Assembly: GCA_934085585.1 (NCBI GenBank)
Contig: CAKOHI010000004.1
Span: 16,064-80,063 of the forward strand
Direction: 5' to 3'
Length of the DNA stretch: 64,000 nucleotides
Source of the DNA: an uncultured Bacilli bacterium
Lineage (GTDB): Bacteria > Bacillota_I > Bacilli_A > RF39 > UBA660
This document shows, one piece after another, positions 57,956-64,000 of the stretch. The position numbers and the translations under genes were made by a program. Position 1 is the stretch's first letter; each line of letters starts with the position of its first letter. Below the pieces are notes generated by a model, which saw only the letters and a list, made by a program, of their open reading frames with translations, made no database searches and was not told where the DNA came from.

Positions 57956-59185
57956 CTAATTTGCTCTAGATCCAATCGGAGCTATATTTAAATCTTGTCC
58001 TAAAGATTTTAAGACTCCGGTGTATTTCTCATAAAGTCTTTCATAATCTTTTAGATATGTATCATCAGTCATTTTGCTAAATGGTATTACGGTATGTTTG
58101 GTATGAACTGCAGTTGTTACAGGATTACCAGTATATTTTGTGAATATCAATTCTCCCCCTAGATTATCAAATGTCATTTTTACTTCATCATCTTTAGTTA
58201 CAGTTTTGGTTATATCTAAAGTAGCCATAAATCCAATTAATTTATTCCAATCTCCATTAGTTCCACCATATTGATTAGAAATAAAATTTCCCAAAGAATA
58301 CATTACAATTGTATCGCCGATTTTAGTAATAGGTTGAAGTATATGTGGATGATTACCAATTACTATATCAACTCCGAGTGAAGATAGATATTCAGCAATT
58401 TCTTTTTCTTCTTCATTTGGCATATTAATGTATTCAATACCCCAGTGCATTGCAACGATTAAAACATCAACTTTATCACGAACTGCTTCAATATCTTTTT
58501 TGACTTGTTCCTTATCATAAAGGTTTAAAAGATAACTTTTTCCAGAAGGCACTTGCAAACCATTTGTTATGGTAGTATAAGATAGCATTGTGTATGTTAT
58601 ATTATTTTTCTCTTTTATAATAAAGTTATTTCTCATTTCTTCAGAGTCATTCATTCCACTATATAGGGTGTCTGTTGTTTTAAAATATTTTACTGTATTT
58701 AAAATTCCTTTTTCTCCTTTATCAAGAGAGTGATTTGATGCTAATGATATAGTATTAAATCCTGCATCACGCATAGCATCTACATAAGCACTTGGTGTAT
58801 AAAACATGGGATATCCTGTATAAACAATAGAATCATCACCAGTTGGAGTTTCTTGATTGTAATAAGCTATGTCATAATCTTTAACAATATCCTTAACATA
58901 TTTTACAGCATCTGTAAAATCATAAACGCCATTTTTATAATAGTTTCTAAAAATTACGCTATGAATAAGGCCATCTCCAGTTGCAAGTAACTTTAATTTA
59001 TATATTTGATCTTTTTTTGTCTCAATATTATTACTGTTATTTTTTAAAGGCGTTTTATCCGTAGTCTTCGGAGTATTAAAATAATTATAAGCATTATAAG
59101 TTAAATAACTGACTAAACAAACTAGTATTATACTTAAAAATAATTTTATAATATTTTTTTTAAATTTTTTCTTTTTTCTTCTCAT
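57956..59185 (-). CDS. CapA-family (PGA_cap) metallophosphatase-like protein, membrane anchored
   Basis: N-terminal TM, LLATGDGLIH, SLASNHSLDKG, MHWGIEY and VIGNHPHILQP, the CapA/YwtB family pattern. A terminator hairpin AACTTG/CAAGTT lies just downstream (about 57921-57950). Confidence 0.72.
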   Translation of the reverse strand: MRRKKKKFKKNIIKLFLSIILVCLVSYLTYNAYNYFNTPKTTDKTPLKNNSNNIETKKDQIYKLKLLATGDGLIHSVIFRNYYKNGVYDFTDAVKYVKDIVKDYDIAYYNQETPTGDDSIVYTGYPMFYTPSAYVDAMRDAGFNTISLASNHSLDKGEKGILNTVKYFKTTDTLYSGMNDSEEMRNNFIIKEKNNITYTMLSYTTITNGLQVPSGKSYLLNLYDKEQVKKDIEAVRDKVDVLIVAMHWGIEYINMPNEEEKEIAEYLSSLGVDIVIGNHPHILQPITKIGDTIVMYSLGNFISNQYGGTNGDWNKLIGFMATLDITKTVTKDDEVKMTFDNLGGELIFTKYTGNPVTTAVHTKHTVIPFSKMTDDTYLKDYERLYEKYTGVLKSLGQDLNIAPIGSRAN

Positions 59186-59186
59186 G

Positions 59187-59558
59187 TTAATCCTTTAATA
59201 AATTATATACTTCATCTTTATCTAAATTATGTGTTTTATGCATAAAATCTGGAAGTAAATGTAAGTGAATATGCTTTATAGCTTGTGAATCACCATAGTT
59301 TATTAAAAATGTTAAAGCACTTTTATCTAATTTAAACATTAAATCTTTTGTTAATTCTTTAGCTTTTTTAAACATTTTAATTAGTATTTCATCTGAAACT
59401 TCATAAATATCTTCAAAATGTTTTTTAGGAATTATTAATGTATGACCATCAGTATCTGGAAAAGCATCAAGCATTACAAGTATGTCATCATCTTCATAAA
59501 GTATTTTAGATGGAACTTCCTTTCTTACTATTTTACAAAATAAACAATCATCTTTCAT
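59187..59558 (-). CDS. HIT-family nucleotide hydrolase (Hint-like)
   Basis: CLFCKIV, then the histidine triad HIHLHLLP. Confidence 0.88.
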   Translation of the reverse strand: MKDDCLFCKIVRKEVPSKILYEDDDILVMLDAFPDTDGHTLIIPKKHFEDIYEVSDEILIKMFKKAKELTKDLMFKLDKSALTFLINYGDSQAIKHIHLHLLPDFMHKTHNLDKDEVYNLLKD

Positions 59559-59630
59559 TCTAACCACCATAATAAGTATATCAAATCGTGTGTACTTTTG
59601 TAAAGTAGCTGCATATACTTAATTAGGAGC

Positions 59631-60173
59631 GTGATTAATTTGTCTAGTTTTAAGGAAATAGTTACTAAAGCTGTTATTGGAAAAGCTAAAAAGACTAATA
59701 GTAATTCTTTTACATTATCTCCGGAAGAAGTTCCAAATACCATTTTAGGTTGTTGGGTTATCAATCATTCATTTAATGGCGTTAAGGGGAAAAATAATTC
59801 AGTTATGATTAATGGTAGTTTTGATGTAAATGTTTGGTATTCTTATGATTCAGATAAAAAGACTGCAGTTACAACTAAAAGATTTAATTATAATGATAAT
59901 TTAAATGTTCCACTTCGTAATGAAACTAATATTGATGGAGCTAGTGAAATAATAGTTAGATGTTTAAAACAACCAACTGTTTCAAATGTAAAGATTGATT
60001 CTGGTAACGTATTACTTGATATTGAAAAAGAAATGGGCGTAGAAATTGTCGGAGATGCTAAAGTTAAAATAAGTGTTGAAGATGATTATGATGATTATGA
60101 TGAAATTGTTGATGAAGAAGAAGTAGATGAAATTGTTGATAATGTTGATGAAAATTATTTAGATAATAATTAA
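59631..60173 (+). CDS. cotE: Spore coat morphogenetic protein CotE
   Basis: 180 aa. FKEIVTKAVIGKAKK, ILGCWVINH and DVNVWYSY parallel B. subtilis CotE (EIITKAVVAKGRK, ILGGWIINH, DINVWYSY), and the C-terminus is acidic. GTG start after GGAG. Confidence 0.8.
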   Translation: MINLSSFKEIVTKAVIGKAKKTNSNSFTLSPEEVPNTILGCWVINHSFNGVKGKNNSVMINGSFDVNVWYSYDSDKKTAVTTKRFNYNDNLNVPLRNETNIDGASEIIVRCLKQPTVSNVKIDSGNVLLDIEKEMGVEIVGDAKVKISVEDDYDDYDEIVDEEEVDEIVDNVDENYLDNN

Positions 60174-60201
60174 AATAAAATCACCTCGAAAAAAGGTGGT
60201 T

Positions 60202-61914
60202 TTATTCTTTTACTAATGGATTAAAATTACTGATAGCATTAATTAATTTAGGATGTTTGATGATGAAATGAATAGTAGGGTTTTCTTCTTTAGATATAAT
60301 TACTAGTTGCTTACTTAATATAGTTACTGTTATATTTTTAAATGTAGATGTTTCTAATTTATTTAACTTATAGTTTTTATTCTTTTTAGAAAACTCTATT
60401 GTTTCGTCTAAATGTTGTAAATATTCTTCATATGTATAATTAATTCTTTTTTCATAAAATATATCTGAAAGTAATAAGTTCGGTTTAGTATTTTTAAATT
60501 CTTCCTTTGAAAATATATGGATATTGTCACCTATAGGGGATGAATTTAGAATAGAGTTGTAGGTTAAGGTTAAGTTATTTTTATAGTTTATTATTTTTGT
60601 AATATCATTTTTATTTATGTTATTTCTTTTTAGTATAGATGTAAGAAGATTATTGCTGATAGTAAAAAGAGGTAAACTAGATAAGTATCTTGTTCGAGGT
60701 TCATTTATCTTGTAATAATCTTTTAGAAAATCATTATATAAATCAGCAGTATCTTTTTTATATATATTCATTAATGGACTAGCTTTTTTTAATAAACTTT
60801 GTGATTTTTCTTGATAATATGCTACTTCTTTTTTGTTATTGGTTAAATAATATTTTCCTTTGTTATGGTATCCATTTATTGATTCACCTGCTAGGGCTAA
60901 ATTATTTGATACATAGGTTAGATTTTGATAAATATTTGTTTTAATATCTTTAAAATAATATGGAGTTACTTGGCCAGTCATATATATTGGAATCCAACTT
61001 TCAAGTCCTAGCATCATTTCATTAAATGGTCGATCTAAATTATGTATAATATTTAAATGAATACCTTTTTTTAACATACATGCTATACCAAACATCCATT
61101 TTTTTCCGAATTCTATATCTTTGGCCATATCTTCCATTGGCATATCACTACACATAAATACCTTATTATTTTTAGTTAGAACAGTGCCTTTAAAAAAATC
61201 AAGTTCTCCTTTTTTCATTTCTTCAATTCCATAATAAGTTTTGGTTTTCGTTATGTAAAAAGGTATATTTGGTATTTTTAATTCATCAAATTTTATAGCT
61301 TTAATATAATCATTTAAATTAAAATTATCTAAATTTGTTAAGAATGTTTCTATTTTAGTTTCTTTTGTATTTTTATTATTTGTTAAAAATATAAGTAATT
61401 GATCATACAATGTATTTTGATTTAATTCCTTATAATCAATATTTAAGATACTAGCTAGTTTTTTTAAATCTTCACTTGTATTATATTTATTTATAATGTA
61501 TGTTACTACTTTTTTGGAAAATTCAATTGGTTCACTAGGTTTAGTTTTTCCATATCTAATTCTTGATATGTGAGATGAATCAAATAGGGTATATTTTGAC
61601 ATGTCTTTTAAATTTATTTTTAAAGTATTTATTAAGTCATTTAGGTTTTTACTAAATGTTTCATAGTCAAAATCATCTTTATTTAAAGAAGTGTTAATTT
61701 CAGATTCTATTTCTTCTTTTTTATATTTTTTATTACTTAATGTTGTTAGGGCATCAATGATTTTTTTAGCTTGAATACTATCTTTTTCGGGAGTTCTTTG
61801 ACTACTTCTGTATCTACTTATTACAGAAGGAGAAATACCTGTTAAATCTGATAGTTTTTTTGAGCTGCATTTAAATTCTTCTAGATATTTGTTTAGTAAA
61901 TCACTAAATTTCAT
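60202..61914 (-). CDS. Large HTH (XRE-like) domain protein, putative transcriptional regulator
   Basis: ~570 aa. The N-terminus is LSDLTGISPSVISRYRSSQRTP (HTH), with a second HTH-like segment MSKYTLFDSSHISRIRYGKTKP. The ~400-aa C-terminal domain is unassigned. Confidence 0.55.
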   Translation of the reverse strand: MKFSDLLNKYLEEFKCSSKKLSDLTGISPSVISRYRSSQRTPEKDSIQAKKIIDALTTLSNKKYKKEEIESEINTSLNKDDFDYETFSKNLNDLINTLKINLKDMSKYTLFDSSHISRIRYGKTKPSEPIEFSKKVVTYIINKYNTSEDLKKLASILNIDYKELNQNTLYDQLLIFLTNNKNTKETKIETFLTNLDNFNLNDYIKAIKFDELKIPNIPFYITKTKTYYGIEEMKKGELDFFKGTVLTKNNKVFMCSDMPMEDMAKDIEFGKKWMFGIACMLKKGIHLNIIHNLDRPFNEMMLGLESWIPIYMTGQVTPYYFKDIKTNIYQNLTYVSNNLALAGESINGYHNKGKYYLTNNKKEVAYYQEKSQSLLKKASPLMNIYKKDTADLYNDFLKDYYKINEPRTRYLSSLPLFTISNNLLTSILKRNNINKNDITKIINYKNNLTLTYNSILNSSPIGDNIHIFSKEEFKNTKPNLLLSDIFYEKRINYTYEEYLQHLDETIEFSKKNKNYKLNKLETSTFKNITVTILSKQLVIISKEENPTIHFIIKHPKLINAISNFNPLVKE

Positions 61915-62044
61915 AATAATATTCACCTAAAGGTATTATACTATATATAGGTGTAGTTGTCATTAAAAACAATGCTTTAGATGGAAACTTAATTGTTATG
62001 TTATTGTATATAAATTATAATATTATTAGGAATGGAGAATATTT

Positions 62045-63130
62045 ATGAATAAAAAGAAATTAATTATTATTGTTTGTAGCATAGTTTTGGTTGCAGGTTT
62101 AGGATTTGGAATTTATAAAGTAACTAAATCAAATGATACAAATAATAATGGGGGAGTTATTAAAACAGATAAGGGTAATGTTAAAATAGTTAAAAATGCT
62201 GCTAGTCAAATTGTTTTGGAAGACTATAGTGATGCTAATTTTAATATGAAAATACCTAAAGGGTGGAAAGTTCAAACACTTGGAGACTATATTCATTTTA
62301 CAATTAAGGTTTATAATCCTGAAAATCCAACATATCAATTTTTCTTTAATTTAAAAAGTGAAGGATATAATAAATCTGAAGAAGCAAAAAGATGGCAACA
62401 AAAGTTTTATCCGAATGATATGTTTGCTAAAACTGCAGTTATAGCTACGAAGGATACTGAAGGATTTTATAAAATATTTAATGAAATGGGGCCTTTAAAT
62501 AATAATGCAACATTTACGTTTCCTATTTTGACTGATTTTACGGTTATTGAAAATTTAGGAAAGAGTTCGCTTGGTGGTGATGTTTTACGGGCATCATTTA
62601 AAGATGAAGCTGGTAAAGATGCTGAAGGATTGTTTACAGCTTATGTTTATGATGCAGGACCATATTATGTTTCAGAAGACTTCATGTCAACAAAACAAAT
62701 AGATATTTACTTTTTAAGTGTTTATGATGCTATTTTTGTAACTACTCCGAAAGATGAATTTGTTGATTGGGAAGAAACATTAAATAAAGTTTCAGCATCA
62801 TTAGAATTTACTGATGCGTTTATGAATGGTTTTAATCAAGAACAAGATGCAGTTATGAAAACATTTCAAAATGTAAGAAGTATTTGTAATCAAATTTCTG
62901 ATGGTATTATGGATTCTTGGGAAAAAAGAAGTACAACATATGATATAATGAGTCAAAAACAAAGTGATGCTACACTTGGATATGAAAGAGTTTATGATAC
63001 AGAAACTAATGAAATTTACAAAGCTTATAATGGATTTACAGATGATTATGATGGAGAAAGATATAAGTCTATAAGTGATGATATGTATACGAAGAAAACA
63101 GATGGCTATATCGAAAAAATAGGTGAATAA
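62045..63130 (+). CDS. Hypothetical exported/membrane-anchored protein
   Basis: 361 aa with an N-terminal signal anchor KKKLIIIVCSIVLVAGLGFGIY and no recognised motif. RBS GGAG. It is divergent from the HTH gene. Confidence 0.5.
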   Translation: MNKKKLIIIVCSIVLVAGLGFGIYKVTKSNDTNNNGGVIKTDKGNVKIVKNAASQIVLEDYSDANFNMKIPKGWKVQTLGDYIHFTIKVYNPENPTYQFFFNLKSEGYNKSEEAKRWQQKFYPNDMFAKTAVIATKDTEGFYKIFNEMGPLNNNATFTFPILTDFTVIENLGKSSLGGDVLRASFKDEAGKDAEGLFTAYVYDAGPYYVSEDFMSTKQIDIYFLSVYDAIFVTTPKDEFVDWEETLNKVSASLEFTDAFMNGFNQEQDAVMKTFQNVRSICNQISDGIMDSWEKRSTTYDIMSQKQSDATLGYERVYDTETNEIYKAYNGFTDDYDGERYKSISDDMYTKKTDGYIEKIGE

Positions 63131-64000
63131 TGAAAGATAAAAAGACATGGATAATAGTAGGTTGTTTAGTTTTAGTAGTATTAGTTGTGGCAATAATTTT
63201 ATTTAATAAAAAAGATAGTGAAACTGATGATAAAAAAGATGATAAAGATGTAACGTCATTAGTTTTAGAAACTGCTAAAAATAGTAATAAAAATGCTAGT
63301 GATTATAAAAAGTTTTTAGGGGGAGAAGTATTAAGTGAAAGCACTTATTTTAATGAATATACTTTTATAAGTAATAATAAGACTTATGTTTTTGATCCTC
63401 AAAAGTTGGAAAACGGAGAGTTTAGTTATAGAAAAGTTTTAGATATTCCGGAAGATTTAAAAATAGTTAATATAGGAATACCTGTGGGAGCAGATATTTG
63501 TTTTATAACTAGTGATGATGTTTATTATAGAATTGAAGATACTAATATAGATAATAAAGTAGAAGATAGTTATAATATGTTTGCTAATGCAAAATATGAA
63601 TTACAAAAGTTTTATGACTCATATAGTAAAGAAACGTATGGAGAAAAATTAGATTATGATTTAATATTTAATTTACATATGGTTAAAGATAATATAATTT
63701 ATAAATTAACTATTCCATTTGAAAGTTTTTATGATAAGAAATTTTATCCATTTACTAAAACCAAAGTTGAAGGAAATTATGAAGGGGAAAAAATATTAAA
63801 TGTATATAATGATAGAATAATAAGAACTGATAAGGCTTTTTATGAGATTGTAGATTATTATAAAGATGGAGAAAGAACTACAACAACATTGAAAATGAAA
63901 ATGCTAACAAAATATTATGATGAAGTATTAACATTTACATATAAGTATGTGGTGCTTAAAGATTATACTTTAATACCTATTAGTGATACATTAGTAAATC
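63130..64000 (+). CDS. Hypothetical exported/membrane-anchored protein (3' end outside window)
   Basis: Not in the ORF track because it stays open to the window end. The ATG overlaps the previous stop (TAATG). My translation starts MKDKKTWIIVGCLVLVVLVVAIILFNKKDSETDDKKDDKD..., and I found no stop through 64000 in this frame. Confidence 0.55.
   Translation, partial: MKDKKTWIIVGCLVLVVLVVAIILFNKKDSETDDKKDDKDVTSLVLETAKNSNKNASDYKKFLGGEVLSESTYFNEYTFISNNKTYVFDPQKLENGEFSYRKVLDIPEDLKIVNIGIPVGADICFITSDDVYYRIEDTNIDNKVEDSYNMFANAKYELQKFYDSYSKETYGEKLDYDLIFNLHMVKDNIIYKLTIPFESFYDKKFYPFTKTKVEGNYEGEKILNVYNDRIIRTDKAFYEIVDYYKDGERTTTTLKMKMLTKYYDEVLTFTYKYVVLKDYTLIPISDTLVN

Overview
This is a very AT-rich chromosomal segment from an endospore-forming Firmicute. 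Its gene order repeatedly mirrors Bacillus subtilis: dnaB-dnaI, sigG-ylmC, lspA-rluD, lexA ... tkt-sirA-yneF, and ybxB-like methyltransferase-rpoB-rpoC. I call about 65 protein genes and one tRNA (Arg-CCU). I found no rRNA, no CRISPR and no intact mobile element. Core genes: pheST behind a Phe T-box, LD-carboxypeptidase, DedA, dnaB/dnaI, endonuclease IV, a class B PBP, rpmG, efp, Nudix, lspA, rluD, rhomboid, lexA, tkt, csaA, an M16 peptidase pair, rpsD, def, an FtsW/RodA/SpoVE-family protein, Ku plus a ligase-only LigD, HU, rpoB and rpoC. Sporulation and germination genes: GerA-type receptor subunits, sigG, ylmC/ymxH, sirA-like, yjcZ-like and cotE. An SOS module is visible: lexA and a Y-family polymerase/YolD operon carry near-identical LexA-box-like 14-mers, and a 46-aa membrane ORF is divergent from lexA. 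Items worth a second look: (1) a three-member family of secreted proteins with SipW/TasA-type signal peptides, where the two tandem copies have a hypervariable, NNY-codon, locally GC-rich block near the C-terminus (DGR-target-like, but no RT or template repeat in this window) and the third copy is frameshifted; (2) a candidate type I toxin-antitoxin locus between rpsD and def, with a 24-aa hydrophobic ORF, 5'-3' long-range pairing and a convergent antisense RNA that has its own promoter and terminator; (3) an unassigned GC-rich structured RNA or leader between an Abi_2-like gene and tkt; (4) an Abi_2 gene plus tRNA inserted into the conserved lexA-tkt block; (5) a small ORF/radical SAM-SPASM/HD/M16-M16 gene string; (6) a decayed accessory patch after rpoC. 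All product calls come from reading the translations, motifs and synteny, with no database search.
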